A stretch of DNA of 64,000 nt from Tubiluchus corallicola. Lineage: Eukaryota > Animalia > Priapulida. The notes beneath the pieces were generated by a model. That model was given only the letters and a program-made list of their open reading frames with translations. It made no database searches and had not been told where the DNA came from. Within the stretch, counting starts at the first letter, position 1, and each line of letters opens with the position of its first letter. The stretch lies in the NCBI GenBank assembly GCA_030141605.1, contig JAQGDQ010000468.1:113545-177544 (forward strand), written 5' to 3'. The position numbers and the translations under genes were made by a program. This document shows, piece by piece, positions 43,121 to 54,801 of the stretch.

Positions 43121-44146
43121 CTACCCCTCGGGCACAGCAGCCATAAAAGACTCCATGATCTTATCCTCAAGCTCATCAGAAAGCTCAATATTATCTTTCA
43201 AAAGAGCCTTAACACTCTCACGCCCCTGCCCCAGCTTAGTATCTCCATAGCTAAACCACGAACCGCTCTTCTTCATTATTCCAAGATCCACCCCCAAATC
43301 CACTATCTCCCCCACCTTAGAAATACCCTCTCCATACATAATATCAAACTCGGCCTTCCTAAACGGTGGCGCAAGCTTATTTTTAACCACCTTTACACGC
43401 GTATGGCTGCCGTGAACCTCATCTCCTTCCTTTAACTGTCCAGCCCTGCGTATATCAAGGCGTAGCGATGAATAGAACTTAAGCGCATTGCCACCAGTTG
43501 TTGTCTCTGGGTTCCCAAACATTACGCCAATCTTCTCACGCAACTGATTGATAAACATACAACACGTCTTGGTCTTGCTAATATTTGCCGTCAACTTCCT
43601 CAACGCCTGTGACATAAGCCGAGCCTGAAGCCCCACACGTGCATCTCCCATATCCCCCTCTATCTCAGCCTTGGGAGTCAACGCAGCAACAGAATCAATA
43701 ACTATAATATCAACCGCTCCCGAACGTATCAAATTATCAACAATCTCCAAAGCCTGCTCACCATTATCAGGCTGGGAAATAAGCAGCTCATCCGTATTCA
43801 CGCCAAGCTTCCTGGCATAAAACGGTTCAAAAGCATGCTCCGCATCAACAATCGCAGCAATACCCCCCTGCCTCTGAGCCTCAGCTATCGCATGAATAGC
43901 AAGCGTGGTCTTACCTGAAGACTCCGGCCCGTAAATCTCAACAATACGTCCTTTGGGATATCCTCCCACACCCAAAGCCATATTCAGAGAAATGGAACCC
44001 GACGGAATAGACGGTACATCAACAGTAGCACCATCACCCATCCTCATAATAGAACCCTTACCATAGCTCTTCTCAATCTTGTCCATCGTTAGCTGAAGGG
44101 CCTTCAGCTTTTCCTTATTAACCTTTTGTTGTTCCTCTTTTGACAT
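43121..44146 (-). CDS. recA: Recombinase RecA
   Basis: [15 protein letters not shown] and [18 protein letters not shown] motifs. Confidence 0.99.
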   Translation of the reverse strand: MSKEEQQKVNKEKLKALQLTMDKIEKSYGKGSIMRMGDGATVDVPSIPSGSISLNMALGVGGYPKGRIVEIYGPESSGKTTLAIHAIAEAQRQGGIAAIVDAEHAFEPFYARKLGVNTDELLISQPDNGEQALEIVDNLIRSGAVDIIVIDSVAALTPKAEIEGDMGDARVGLQARLMSQALRKLTANISKTKTCCMFINQLREKIGVMFGNPETTTGGNALKFYSSLRLDIRRAGQLKEGDEVHGSHTRVKVVKNKLAPPFRKAEFDIMYGEGISKVGEIVDLGVDLGIMKKSGSWFSYGDTKLGQGRESVKALLKDNIELSDELEDKIMESFMAAVPEG

Positions 44147-44173
44147 ATCCTCTTTACATTATAAAAAATTAAA

Positions 44174-44641
44174 TCACCGGTCAAACTTATACGCCTTTGC
44201 AATCTGATCCGTATGCTCCTTGGTCTTAACTCTATTGAATACTCTCTCTATAACTCCGGTCTCATCAATCACATAAGTCTTCCTCAAAACTCCGACATAA
44301 CTCTTGCCATAAAGCTTCTTCTCCCCCCACGCCCCAAAATCCCGCAATACCTTCCTGTCAACATCCGCAATAAGGCTAAACCTGAGGCCATACTTATCTA
44401 TAAAACCCTGATGTGAAGCTTCACTATCGGGACTCACACCCAGCACTTCAAAACCTTCGGATAGCCAATAATCATAATTATCATTAAGGTCACATGCCTC
44501 CGCCGTACAACCTGGAGTATTATCCTTAGGATAAAAATAAAGAATAAGCTTTTTCCCCTTAAAATCACTCAGGGAAACAACATCTCCATTTTGATTTACA
44601 CCCTCAAAATAAGGCGCTTTATCTCCAACCTTTAACTCCAT
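44174..44641 (-). CDS. bcp: Thioredoxin-dependent peroxiredoxin Bcp
   Basis: YFYPKDNTPGCTAEAC. Confidence 0.95.
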   Translation of the reverse strand: MELKVGDKAPYFEGVNQNGDVVSLSDFKGKKLILYFYPKDNTPGCTAEACDLNDNYDYWLSEGFEVLGVSPDSEASHQGFIDKYGLRFSLIADVDRKVLRDFGAWGEKKLYGKSYVGVLRKTYVIDETGVIERVFNRVKTKEHTDQIAKAYKFDR

Positions 44642-44801
44642 TAGCACAAATTGAAATGATTCTTACTTACAAATATAACTGAAAAATACATTTATACCAC
44701 CCTCTACTATGTTTAACCATCAACACAAATTAACCATCAATACAAGCTCGTAAAACGACCGTTTCCCCACAACTCTATCTCATCACCACACTGCTCACCT
44801 C

Positions 44802-44933
44802 AAGACCTTTCCAAAATGGGGAAGCCTGACTCAGAGCGAATAACGACTCGAGAAAAGCCGCATCTTACTAACTGAAATAAGGACTTTGACGAAAATACTA
44901 TATTAATAAAAAGGTGAACTTTGCAAAAATCTC
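44802..44933 (+). repeat. Dispersed MITE-like repeat, copy E
   Basis: AAGACCTTTCCAAAA ... GGACTTTGAC ... AATAAAAAGGTGAACTTTGCAAAAATCTC. Confidence 0.75.
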
Positions 44934-44951
44934 ACTTTATTGATAAATTTG
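44920..44951 (+). promoter_or_regulatory. Putative Bacteroidota promoter for the bio operon
   Basis: TTTG (44920-44923, inside the repeat end) - 20 nt - TAAATTTG (44944-44951); ATG at 44959. Confidence 0.55.
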
Positions 44952-44958
44952 TAGGCCT

Positions 44959-45357
44959 ATGGCCTGCAACAAAACATACATACCCGACCATACCTGCATA
45001 ACCTTCTCCCGGTGGAGCAGAAAAGGGTACGCTGTATTTGCAGGGCTGGGGAAACAGATACGCATAGGGGTACTCAAAATCGAACTACTGCTACCCTCGC
45101 TAATAAAACAAGAAACAAACATTATAGCTGAAACTTTTTCGGATATGGTACCCCCCGACACAGACAAAGAAGAAGGCAGCTTTGCAGAAAACCTTTACGC
45201 CGTACCTTATCTCCTTATAACTCAAACCAGGAACACAGCATCCGCTAAAAACAGGCTGTCATTTAAACTCAACACACTATACAATAAGGCTTCTTTCTCT
45301 ACAGGATCAATATCCGTGAAAAAGAAGCCTCTGTTTTTTTACACAAATAAACATTAA
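44959..45357 (+). CDS. Hypothetical leader protein of the bio operon (FSRWSRKGYAVFAGLGK motif)
   Basis: 132-aa ORF between the promoter and bioB, ending 5 nt before bioB. Confidence 0.65.
   Translation: MACNKTYIPDHTCITFSRWSRKGYAVFAGLGKQIRIGVLKIELLLPSLIKQETNIIAETFSDMVPPDTDKEEGSFAENLYAVPYLLITQTRNTASAKNRLSFKLNTLYNKASFSTGSISVKKKPLFFYTNKH
45287..45340 (+). terminator. Intrinsic terminator / attenuator hairpin inside the 3' end of the leader ORF
   Basis: AGGCTTCTTTCTCTACAGGAT-caat-ATCCGTGAAAAAGAAGCCT followed by CTGTTTTTTT. Confidence 0.6.
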
Positions 45358-45362
45358 CTTCT

Positions 45363-46346
45363 ATGGACACAAAAAAAATAGAAACAATAAAAAACCAAGT
45401 GCTCAAAGGGCATGTAGTTACAGAAGCGGAGGCTCTTGCCTTGTCAGGAAGTGCTGATAAAGAAACTCTCTACAACTGTGCTAACGAAATAAGGAAACAC
45501 TTCTGTGGCGACTACTTCGACCTCTGCTCCATCACAAATGCCAAGTCGGGGAAATGCTCCGAAGACTGTAAATGGTGTTCACAATCGGCGCACCACAACA
45601 GCAAAATAGAGATTTACGACACCATAGAAAAAAAGGTGGCTATCAACCAAGCACGACTAAACAGCAAAAAGGGGGTGAAGCGACACTCACTCGTAACAAG
45701 TGGCCGCCAGTTGGACGACAAACAGGTCAAACACATGGCATCTATCCTTAAAGAAATACGTGAAAACTGCAACATAGATACCTGTGCCTCAATGGGACTG
45801 CTCAACCTGGAACAGCTAAAAGAGCTTAAAAAAGCGGGAATATCACACTACCACTGTAACCTGGAAACAGCACCGTCATTCTTCCATAAACTCTGTACCA
45901 CGCATACCATAGATGAGAAAATCGCATCCATACGGTGGGCACAAGAAGCAGGGCTGAAAATATGTTCCGGAGGAATAATAGGAATGGGAGAAAGTGAACA
46001 ACAACGCATTGAGCTCGCACTTACCCTGCGTAGCCTGAAAATCAAATCTATACCTATAAACATACTCAACCCCATAGAAGGGACACCAATGGAGGGGAGT
46101 GCACCTCTCTCCGATGAAGAAATACTGACAACAATAGCACTATTCCGATTTATAAACCCAGATGCATACCTACGCCTTGCAGGAGGGCGTATAAAAATTA
46201 AACATATCGAAGAAAAGGCACTACAAACAGGAATAAACGCTTCAATCACAGGAGACCTGCTCACCACAACAGGATCCTCAACCTCTGAAGACATAACAAA
46301 CTTTACCAAAGCAGGGTACCAGTTTGAAAAACTGAAAAATGACTGA
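45363..46346 (+). CDS. bioB: Biotin synthase
   Basis: [10 protein letters not shown] radical-SAM motif; CNLET and [10 protein letters not shown]. Confidence 0.97.
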   Translation: MDTKKIETIKNQVLKGHVVTEAEALALSGSADKETLYNCANEIRKHFCGDYFDLCSITNAKSGKCSEDCKWCSQSAHHNSKIEIYDTIEKKVAINQARLNSKKGVKRHSLVTSGRQLDDKQVKHMASILKEIRENCNIDTCASMGLLNLEQLKELKKAGISHYHCNLETAPSFFHKLCTTHTIDEKIASIRWAQEAGLKICSGGIIGMGESEQQRIELALTLRSLKIKSIPINILNPIEGTPMEGSAPLSDEEILTTIALFRFINPDAYLRLAGGRIKIKHIEEKALQTGINASITGDLLTTTGSSTSEDITNFTKAGYQFEKLKND

Positions 46347-47637
46347 ACAGGAACTGATAAAAACAGATAGGGAGCACCTATGGCACCCCTACTCATCCAC
46401 AACCAGCCCCCTGCCGTGCTATGCGGTAAAACGAGCTGAAGGATCAATAATTGAGCTTATGGATGGCACACGTCTGGTAGACGGGATGTCGTCATGGTGG
46501 GCTGCCATACACGGATACAACCACCCCGGATTGAACAATGCGGTAAAAAAACAACTCGACAAAATGTCTCACATAATGTTCGGCGGGCTGACACATGAAC
46601 CGGCAGCAAAACTGGCAAAACTACTTGTAGACATAACCCCCGCTCCGCTACAAAAAATATTCCTCTGCGACTCTGGATCCGTCGCTGTGGAAGTAGCTAT
46701 GAAAATAGCTATCCAATACTGGCATAGCAGGGGAAAACACGATAAAAACAAACTTATAACCGTACGATCTGGATACCATGGCGACACATGGCACGCTATG
46801 TCGGTATGCGACCCCATCACAGGAATGCACTCCATATTTGGGAAAAACCTGCCAGCACAACACTTTGCCCCAGCACCGAGGTGCCGCTTTCACGACAAAT
46901 GGGACGAAAAAGACTTTGCAGCAATAGAAAAACTTATCCGGCAAAAACACCCGCAAACAGCAGCCGTTATAATTGAACCAGTTGTACAGGGAGCAGGGGG
47001 CATGCGCTTCTACCATCCGCAATACCTTAAAGAACTCAGAAGAGTATGCAACGAAACGGGGCTACTCCTTATCTTCGATGAAATAGCTACCGGGTTCGGG
47101 CGCACCGGCAAGCTATTCGCATGCGAACACGCAGGCATATCCCCAGACATCATCTGCCTGGGGAAAGCAATTACAGGAGGATACATAAGCCTTGCCGCCA
47201 CTATGGCAACAAACGACATAGCCGAAACTATCGGAAGCGGAGAGCCCGGAGTATTTATGCATGGCCCCACATTTATGGGGAACCCGCTTGCCTGTGCCAT
47301 CGCAACTAAAAGTATTCAAACACTCCTTGAATATGACAACAACAAAGTGAGTAACATCGAAACACAACTACTGGAAAAACTCAAACCCGCAAAACAATTC
47401 GAAAACGTAGCGGATGTCCGTGTACTAGGAGCCATTGGAGTTATAGAAATGAAAAAAAATATAAACCTACCCATAATACAAAAAATGCTCGTACAAGAAG
47501 GGATATGGATCCGCCCATTTGGCAAACTGGTTTACACCATGCCGCCTTACATTATCACACCGGAAGAACTAAACAAACTAACCGACGGAATACTCAGAAC
47601 CATAAAAAACTACCCCCGTTATGCACAAGCAGGTTGA
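46339..47637 (+). CDS. bioA: Adenosylmethionine-8-amino-7-oxononanoate aminotransferase
   Basis: [24 protein letters not shown] and [11 protein letters not shown] motifs. Confidence 0.97.
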   Translation: MTEQELIKTDREHLWHPYSSTTSPLPCYAVKRAEGSIIELMDGTRLVDGMSSWWAAIHGYNHPGLNNAVKKQLDKMSHIMFGGLTHEPAAKLAKLLVDITPAPLQKIFLCDSGSVAVEVAMKIAIQYWHSRGKHDKNKLITVRSGYHGDTWHAMSVCDPITGMHSIFGKNLPAQHFAPAPRCRFHDKWDEKDFAAIEKLIRQKHPQTAAVIIEPVVQGAGGMRFYHPQYLKELRRVCNETGLLLIFDEIATGFGRTGKLFACEHAGISPDIICLGKAITGGYISLAATMATNDIAETIGSGEPGVFMHGPTFMGNPLACAIATKSIQTLLEYDNNKVSNIETQLLEKLKPAKQFENVADVRVLGAIGVIEMKKNINLPIIQKMLVQEGIWIRPFGKLVYTMPPYIITPEELNKLTDGILRTIKNYPRYAQAG

Positions 47638-48769
47638 AAAATATCAGGAAGAACTAAACAGGCTCAAAAAAGCCGATAACTACAGGCACTTGGAAACAAG
47701 GTGCACACACATGATAAACCTTTCATCCAACGACTACCTGGGACTGGCAAAACGCGAAGATATAAAACAGGAATTCATTGAAACAGAAAAACAATTGCCA
47801 GGGTTCAGCGCCGTATCCTCACGCCTCCTCACAGGTAATCACCAATACTACAATAACTTGGAAAACCTTATACAACAACAATTCAAACAAGAAGCAGCGC
47901 TGGTTTTCAATAGCGGATACCACGCAAACATCGGTGTACTCCCAACCCTGGCAGGACCAAAAGACCTTGTTATAGCAGATAAGCTGGTTCATGCAAGTCT
48001 TATCGATGGCATAAAGCTATCCTCTGCCGATTTCATGAGATACAGGCACCTGGACTACCAACACTTAGAACAAATACTCGAAAAAAACAGAAAACAATAC
48101 CAAAATACATTCATCGTTACCGAGACACTCTTCAGCATGGATGGAGACATGGCTGATCTTCACAAGCTGGTAGAAATCAAAAACAAATTCAAAACAATGC
48201 TATACATAGACGAAGCTCACGCTTACGGTGTATATGGAGCAACAGGGCTGGGACGTGCAGAACAGGAAGGGCTTATCCCTGACATCGACTTCATCGTTGG
48301 AACCTTCGGTAAAGCACTCGCATCAGTTGGCGCATTCGTAACATGCAAGCAGGTAATCAAAAAGTATCTTATCAACAAATCCAGGCCTCTTATATTCACC
48401 ACAGCCATCCCCCCCATCAACACCGCATGGACATACCATCTGGTAAAAAAACTACCACACCTCCACAACGAGCGGCAACACCTGAAAAGCATCTCTAAGC
48501 AATTGGCTGAAACACTGGGGAAAAAAATGCAATCACACATAATACCACTCATAGTCGGAGAAAACAACACAGCACTAAAAATATCCGGCCTCCTTGAAAA
48601 AGAAAATATCATCGCACTACCAATACGACACCCCGCTGTCCCAAAAGGAACTGCGCGTATACGGTTCTCACTAAACGCATCACATTCCAGTAAACAAATA
48701 GTCTATCTCACAAATACCCTGAAAACTATTAACGCAAAAAACCCTGACCAAAACCTAGCAAAAATTTGA
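47621..48769 (+). CDS. bioF: 8-amino-7-oxononanoate synthase
   Basis: [26 protein letters not shown] and GTFGKA motifs. Confidence 0.95.
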   Translation: MHKQVEKYQEELNRLKKADNYRHLETRCTHMINLSSNDYLGLAKREDIKQEFIETEKQLPGFSAVSSRLLTGNHQYYNNLENLIQQQFKQEAALVFNSGYHANIGVLPTLAGPKDLVIADKLVHASLIDGIKLSSADFMRYRHLDYQHLEQILEKNRKQYQNTFIVTETLFSMDGDMADLHKLVEIKNKFKTMLYIDEAHAYGVYGATGLGRAEQEGLIPDIDFIVGTFGKALASVGAFVTCKQVIKKYLINKSRPLIFTTAIPPINTAWTYHLVKKLPHLHNERQHLKSISKQLAETLGKKMQSHIIPLIVGENNTALKISGLLEKENIIALPIRHPAVPKGTARIRFSLNASHSSKQIVYLTNTLKTINAKNPDQNLAKI

Positions 48770-48790
48770 TAAAAACATAAAGAAAAAACC

Positions 48791-49438
48791 ATGAGCACCA
48801 AATGGATTAACAAAAATGGCAACAGCCTCCTAATACTCTTCTTCAACGGATGGGGAATGGACGAAAATACCGTTGCCCACCTCCCTTCCGAAAACTTCGA
48901 TATCCTGATGTTTCACCGGTATCACCACAAAAGGAAAATTCCAGATATCACCGCGTACAACAAAACATACATAATTGCATGGTCTCTGGGAGTATGGGCC
49001 GCCTCCAAATGGATGGCGCAAACATCTGTAAAAATAAACAGGGCAGTAGCCATCAATGGAACAGAACACCCAATTGATGACAACAGGGGAATACCATGCA
49101 AAACATTTGAAAACACACTCCGAGAATGGAATGAACACAACCGGAACAAATTCAATACAAGAATACTCAAAAGTCATAAAACCCTGCAACAACCAGACCC
49201 TATACATGGCAAACGTACAATCGCCGACCAGAAAAAAGAGCTACACTTACTAAAAACAATGATAAACAGCGAACAACAACCCAACGCCCGATGGAACACA
49301 ATCATTGCAGGAAGCTATGACCTCATATTTCCTCTAAAAAACATGAAAAACGCATGGAACAACAACATAAAAGAACTTCCTATACCCCACTATCCATTCC
49401 ATACATTCAACAACTGGAGCCAGATAGCTGCAACATAG
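48791..49438 (+). CDS. DUF452 / BioG-like pimeloyl-ACP methyl ester esterase
   Basis: FFNGWGMD, AWSLG and AINGT..PID motifs; between bioF and bioC. Confidence 0.85.
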   Translation: MSTKWINKNGNSLLILFFNGWGMDENTVAHLPSENFDILMFHRYHHKRKIPDITAYNKTYIIAWSLGVWAASKWMAQTSVKINRAVAINGTEHPIDDNRGIPCKTFENTLREWNEHNRNKFNTRILKSHKTLQQPDPIHGKRTIADQKKELHLLKTMINSEQQPNARWNTIIAGSYDLIFPLKNMKNAWNNNIKELPIPHYPFHTFNNWSQIAAT

Positions 49439-49491
49439 ACATACGCATAAAAAAAATGAAAATACCCACTACCGGTAACAACCACAAATAC

Positions 49492-50265
49492 ATGAACAGG
49501 CACAGCACAAACAACATAGCACGACGCTTCAGACGCAGCATATCAACCTACAACTCGCAAGCAATAGTGCAAAAAGAAACTGCAAAAACCCTTATCAAAA
49601 AAATAAAAGAAACCCCCGGCATCGCACCAAAAAAAATCCTGGAAATAGGTTGCGGAACAGGGCTTCTCACTAAACACCTAGCAAAAACATTCCCATCAGC
49701 ACAACTTCACCTAAATGACCTTGTACAAGAAATGCAAGAAATAGTGTTGCAAACCATCAACGCGCAACAACTGCCACACTTTACAGCCGGCGATGCAGAA
49801 AACCATCCACTACAAAAAGAATACAACCTTATCGCATCATCATCTGTATTTCAATGGATAAAAAACCCAGGCGCATTCTACAAAAAACTATCAGACTCAC
49901 TCGCCCACAAAGGATACTTGGCATTTAGTGCATATGGACCTGATAACTACATGGAAATACGCAAAACAACCGGAAAAGGGCTACACTACCCCACACTGCA
50001 CAACACCCTACTTATGCTCTCCAAACACTTTGACATACTATACAAATCCGAGCACACACATACACTTCAATTTCAATCCCCTATAGCGCTGCTTAAGCAC
50101 CTGAAAGCAACAGGAGTAAATGGAACAAACAGCAGTGCTTGGACAAAAAAAGAACTAAACACCTTCATAAACAACTACCCCGTCCTGCCAAACGGGAAAT
50201 ACCCATTAACATACCACCCTCGAATAATTATAGCAAAAAAAAGACAGTATAATATTAACCTGTAA
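49492..50265 (+). CDS. bioC: Malonyl-ACP O-methyltransferase (start uncertain, 49456 or 49492)
   Basis: LEIGCGTG SAM motif; HLKATGVN and LTYHP. Confidence 0.9.
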   Translation: MNRHSTNNIARRFRRSISTYNSQAIVQKETAKTLIKKIKETPGIAPKKILEIGCGTGLLTKHLAKTFPSAQLHLNDLVQEMQEIVLQTINAQQLPHFTAGDAENHPLQKEYNLIASSSVFQWIKNPGAFYKKLSDSLAHKGYLAFSAYGPDNYMEIRKTTGKGLHYPTLHNTLLMLSKHFDILYKSEHTHTLQFQSPIALLKHLKATGVNGTNSSAWTKKELNTFINNYPVLPNGKYPLTYHPRIIIAKKRQYNINL

Positions 50266-50276
50266 CCACACCACCC

Positions 50277-50972
50277 ATGAACAACTCACCATCCTGTATA
50301 CTCTTTATTTCAGGTATAGACACAAACAGCGGAAAAACTATCGCAACAGGACTACTGGCAGCATATCTGAAAAAACAGGGCAAAAATATCATCACGCAAA
50401 AGCTCGTTCAAACAGGGTGCACAGGCATTGCCGAAGACATCATAACCCACCGCACAATATCGGGAATGCCGCTTACCGAAGAAGACCGCGACAGAACAAC
50501 GTGCCCATTCGTATTTAAAAAAGCTGCATCACCACACCTGGCAGCCGAAACAGAAGGAAAAAAAATTGACATCGACAAAATAGAGCAGGCAACAAAACAA
50601 CTGGCAAAAAAATACGACACACTCCTTATTGAAGGAGCAGGAGGACTGCACGTGCCAATAACACGAGAAACATTCATTATAGACCTATTGGAAGAAAAAA
50701 AATATCCGGTTATACTGGTTACAACACCACAGCTGGGAAGTATCAACCAGACACTTACAAGCCTGGAAGTACTAAAACATCGTAACATACCGCTCGCAGC
50801 ACTTATATATAACAACTACCCGCAAACAGACCTCGCAATCACCCGCGACTCCAGAACAATATTCAGGGACTACCTGGACAAAAATTTCGATGGTGTGCCA
50901 TTAATTGACATTCCCAAAATAAAACATAATACCCCACCTTCAATCGACTTCTCTGCAATAAACACCACTTGA
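50277..50972 (+). CDS. bioD: Dethiobiotin synthetase
   Basis: GIDTNSGKT, QTG, SPHLAA, IEGAGG and LGSIN motifs. Confidence 0.95.
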   Translation: MNNSPSCILFISGIDTNSGKTIATGLLAAYLKKQGKNIITQKLVQTGCTGIAEDIITHRTISGMPLTEEDRDRTTCPFVFKKAASPHLAAETEGKKIDIDKIEQATKQLAKKYDTLLIEGAGGLHVPITRETFIIDLLEEKKYPVILVTTPQLGSINQTLTSLEVLKHRNIPLAALIYNNYPQTDLAITRDSRTIFRDYLDKNFDGVPLIDIPKIKHNTPPSIDFSAINTT

Positions 50973-51172
50973 AATGGGTAAAAACCTATAATAATCTGTA
51001 TATTATTAGCTCACTTCTTATCATGTCATAGCGCTACTTTGCCAACCAAAAGGTATCCTAGATAGGAAACTATTCTATACTTGGCACCTTACAAACTATA
51101 TAATAACTTTAACACTATTCATAGCTAACCTTCATCTACCTGGATTTAAGGAAAAATGGGAAAGTATAACTT

Positions 51173-51294
51173 GAAGCCTTTACAAAAAATTGGATAAGAG
51201 TAAATAAAAAGCTCGATCAAAACCGTAGCTTACTGGCGTAAATAAAGATACTGACAATGGCTCCAATTAAAAAGATAAACCTCACAAAAGCCCC
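51173..51294 (+). repeat. Dispersed MITE-like repeat, copy F (degenerate)
   Basis: GAAGCCTTTACAAAA ... GCTCGATCAAAACCGTAGCTTACTGGCGTAAATAAAGAT ... AAAAGATAAACCTCACAAAAGCCCC. Confidence 0.6.
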
Positions 51295-51529
51295 GCTGTT
51301 TAACACTAGCTCGCTGACAGAACTCTCCTTTTCATCCCCATACGGCTCTCTATCTCTTTTGGCGTAATAAAAACACCTTTGATCTCTTGGCTACTTTGTA
51401 GGACAAAAGCAGAAAACTATCAAAAAATAAGGACTAAAAAACAAAAACCTGTGCAATAGGATATAAACTACTCTCCTGTCTCTTCTCTATCAAGACAAAA
51501 GACATAAAAACACAAAGGACCTCCCCCCT

Positions 51530-52396
51530 CTAATACTCCCAGAGATCCTGCTCGTAGTTAAAAATAGTATTTTTTATCCTTTCTGACTCATCCAAGGCAG
51601 CCTCTCCTGAAGCATACTGATCAATACTCCTGTTGTTATGAGCATTCGACTCCCTCACAATATAACTGTCAAATTTTCTTGTTACAAACAAGTCATCAAA
51701 GCTAATATTCCTGGCATTATTATACGGATTAAGAGCCTCATAACGTGCAAGAAGCGATCTAACATTCGGGTAATAGACCCAGAAAACCATTCTGCGCTGT
51801 GGCTCCTCCCTTTCTACATCGGATTCACGATAAAATTCCTGTATTGGGCACAACCCTAATATTCGAACCTGCATAGAGGAAGTCTTCAGATCAAAAAACC
51901 ACACCTCTTTAATCATCAACTCTTTTACCTCTTGAACAGGAATATCCTGAGTAACAATAACCTCCTCCATAACTCCGGTTTCAAAGTTTCTTCTTTGAAC
52001 CGTTTTTGGCATCGCTCCAAAAGCAGCCTTAACACTCTCGTAAGTTATAGGATTACTAAACTCATCTCCCCTTGTGGCATCATAAGCAGTTATTTCCCCA
52101 TCCTCAATTCCTTTCAGCAGCACGTTGGTTATACTCAATCTTTCCATATCCTGCGTGGGATAATACAGGGATTGATTCAGCTTCTCACGAAGATTAATAA
52201 TCCTCCATACCGTTTTTGACCATACTACATCTGCTTCGCGCACTGTAGGTAGTTTAACAGGTTTGCGAGTATCAATTATGTGTTTATTATACACACCATC
52301 CTGTACTTCAGCCCTCAATGTATCGGTATTCTGTGCCTTTGCACTCAGAGTTGTAAATAGTAACACCACTACAAAAAACTTGAATATGTGCATCAT
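51530..52396 (-). CDS. gldN: T9SS / gliding protein GldN (PorN)
   Basis: VREADVVWSKTVWRIINLREKLN, KEVWFFD and EQDLWEY; operon position. Confidence 0.93.
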   Translation of the reverse strand: MMHIFKFFVVVLLFTTLSAKAQNTDTLRAEVQDGVYNKHIIDTRKPVKLPTVREADVVWSKTVWRIINLREKLNQSLYYPTQDMERLSITNVLLKGIEDGEITAYDATRGDEFSNPITYESVKAAFGAMPKTVQRRNFETGVMEEVIVTQDIPVQEVKELMIKEVWFFDLKTSSMQVRILGLCPIQEFYRESDVEREEPQRRMVFWVYYPNVRSLLARYEALNPYNNARNISFDDLFVTRKFDSYIVRESNAHNNRSIDQYASGEAALDESERIKNTIFNYEQDLWEY

Positions 52397-52398
52397 AT

Positions 52399-53937
52399 CT
52401 ATCTTATTTTAAAACTTATTGCTGATAAATTACGTATTGTCCTATCCTCTCCCTTGGCTTGAATATTATCTATATATAATCTGTTGCCAGAATTTAATCC
52501 TTTTATTAAATCTCGCTGATCCTCAGTAAACCTATTACTATTTGATACTGCATCAATCACATAGCCTCCCCTGGTAGTAGATACTGTAAATGAGGTTACA
52601 GTAAACCTCATTTCAAAATCAAAATTAGGAATCTCTGCAAATACACCTTGCTCCGTCATTAACTCATTTTTGCCAATCATGCCTTCATTTTTACCGGCAA
52701 TAGTCGCAACAGGATCAGGGACACGCTTAACACGAAACTCCATGGATCCCATAGTCTTTTTTGATCCATCAATATCTGCGCTTACTGTTATAACAGACTT
52801 TTGTCCCGCTTGCTTGGGAAACGCAATATAATCTCTTCCCCGCCTTTCAATTCTTCCATTTGTAATTGTGGGAACAATCTTATCCGGAGAAACACCTGGC
52901 GCAGAAATAGAAATGGGATTTGCAAGCCCGGTATACAATATATTCATTTTGGTAGGAGAAATAGTCACAGTCGGCTTCGCAACTTGGTACTCCCCATTAA
53001 ACGGGTACCTTACAACATTCCCTTCTGGAGATGTAAAGTTAATTACCCCACCCCATTTATAAAAGCCCTCCTTTGTTGCCTTTGTCCTATACATCCCAAC
53101 ACCTTCCCCAATTATTGGGACAGCCCTATTGTTCACTGTTATATCTGGTGTATTAGTTGTGTCAACAGCAGATAAAAATATTCTGGCTGCAAACTCTCCC
53201 CCTTCAAGAATATAATTAGACTTAGGAATCACCTGTGCTTCCAGTTTATTAAACTTAAAAGAACCCGCATCAATTTTGCTGTATAGGTAGCTTACTATTT
53301 CAGACTCAGCATAGCGCACATCGCTTTGCATATTCGACATCAACGCAAGAACGCTTATCAATGGATACCCCTGAAACTTAGATATCTCCCAGCTGGGCCT
53401 ACTACCTTCCTTTGGTGGAGGATCCGATGTGTCCAAAGTTTTATTGAGCCGGCTAATAGCTGTCGAATCCTTTTTATCTACAAGTGAAACCACATGATCA
53501 CGATAACTAATGATTGCATTTTTAAGCTCTGTCCCATGCTTTTTTGTAAGCATAAGCTCTGCTGAGGCATACGTGTCATCTTTGGCAATTACATTTGCAA
53601 CATCCCCGTAATCCCCATCAGCTCTTTTTACAAGCATAACCTTCAAGCTATCAATATAATCTACCAAGGCATCAGACTTGACCTTCACTTCAAGCACATC
53701 TCTGTTTAGCTCCCCAGCTTTTGTCGGATTTAACTCCGCTGCATTGGCAAAATCAACATAAACACGCTCGTTCTTAAGCCTAAAGTTCTCTACAGTCTTC
53801 TGTATTCCGCTATCTACAATATCAAAAGCATCAAGTACAGACTTGTCAACATTCAGCGCCAGCATAGCAATTAATACCAGATACATTAGACTTATCATAC
53901 GTTGCCTAGGCGTTTCTGGACAATTCTTTGACCCCAT
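52399..53937 (-). CDS. gldM: T9SS / gliding motor protein GldM (PorM)
   Basis: ETPRQRMISLMYLVLIAMLALNV and SPTKMNILY. Confidence 0.95.
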   Translation of the reverse strand: MGSKNCPETPRQRMISLMYLVLIAMLALNVDKSVLDAFDIVDSGIQKTVENFRLKNERVYVDFANAAELNPTKAGELNRDVLEVKVKSDALVDYIDSLKVMLVKRADGDYGDVANVIAKDDTYASAELMLTKKHGTELKNAIISYRDHVVSLVDKKDSTAISRLNKTLDTSDPPPKEGSRPSWEISKFQGYPLISVLALMSNMQSDVRYAESEIVSYLYSKIDAGSFKFNKLEAQVIPKSNYILEGGEFAARIFLSAVDTTNTPDITVNNRAVPIIGEGVGMYRTKATKEGFYKWGGVINFTSPEGNVVRYPFNGEYQVAKPTVTISPTKMNILYTGLANPISISAPGVSPDKIVPTITNGRIERRGRDYIAFPKQAGQKSVITVSADIDGSKKTMGSMEFRVKRVPDPVATIAGKNEGMIGKNELMTEQGVFAEIPNFDFEMRFTVTSFTVSTTRGGYVIDAVSNSNRFTEDQRDLIKGLNSGNRLYIDNIQAKGEDRTIRNLSAISFKIR

Positions 53938-53997
53938 CTACTTCAAAATTAAATCCTTTGTAACTCTAATATTCCAATCCTTCGCACTAACACTACT

Positions 53998-54765
53998 TTA
54001 CATCTTAACATTCATTGCTCCAAGCATATTCCCATATACGTTGTTCAGAGCCTCCAGTTTCTTATTAAGCATCCCCACCTGTTGCTTATAACGCTCAGAC
54101 TCATCTATAGAAGCAGATAACAATTTGCTCATCTTAGAATATTCAGCGCTTACTCGTGAAGATATTTCTGCCTGCTCACTGGCACTTCCCAACTGTACCT
54201 GGTAAGATTTATTTAAAGTCGCAAGATTATTACTCGCTGTATCAAGACCTTTGGTATACGCTTCTGTAAATGACTCTATAGAATCAGCAGCAGAACCAAT
54301 ATTTTGTATATATCCCTTCGTTGCAAGCGATGCAGAAGTAATATCATTGAGATTACCAGCTGTATTACTAAGATTCTGAAGCCCTTCCTGCAATCTGGAA
54401 AGAAGCTCGGGAGAAATATCTGCCTCCCCAAGCATTTTATCAAGACTATTAACCGCAGAACCACCAAGATCAACACCTCCAAAAAACTCGTCTTCTTCGT
54501 CAGCAAGCTCAGAAATACCTTTATCTTCACGCAACTGGGGATAAACCTTTGTCCAGTCAGGAGGTTCATGACTCGGTTCAAATGCAGACAAGAAAAAAAT
54601 CAGCACCTCCGCAGACATACCAATAATTAGCATTGTCGAACCGCCTGACCAATGCTCCAGCTTAAAAAGCGCTCCTAAAAGTACTACTGCTGCTCCCCAG
54701 CCATAAATATAGTTCATGAAGGTTTTCCACCTCTTAGACTTCGTCAGCGTCGTTGTCATTCCCAT
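53998..54765 (-). CDS. gldL: T9SS / gliding motor protein GldL (PorL)
   Basis: YGWGAAVVLLGALFKL, DWTKVYPQL and LNNVYGNML. Confidence 0.95.
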   Translation of the reverse strand: MGMTTTLTKSKRWKTFMNYIYGWGAAVVLLGALFKLEHWSGGSTMLIIGMSAEVLIFFLSAFEPSHEPPDWTKVYPQLREDKGISELADEEDEFFGGVDLGGSAVNSLDKMLGEADISPELLSRLQEGLQNLSNTAGNLNDITSASLATKGYIQNIGSAADSIESFTEAYTKGLDTASNNLATLNKSYQVQLGSASEQAEISSRVSAEYSKMSKLLSASIDESERYKQQVGMLNKKLEALNNVYGNMLGAMNVKM

Positions 54766-54801
54766 AATAAAAAAGTATAGAATTAACTTTTCCTATAAAA
54801 T

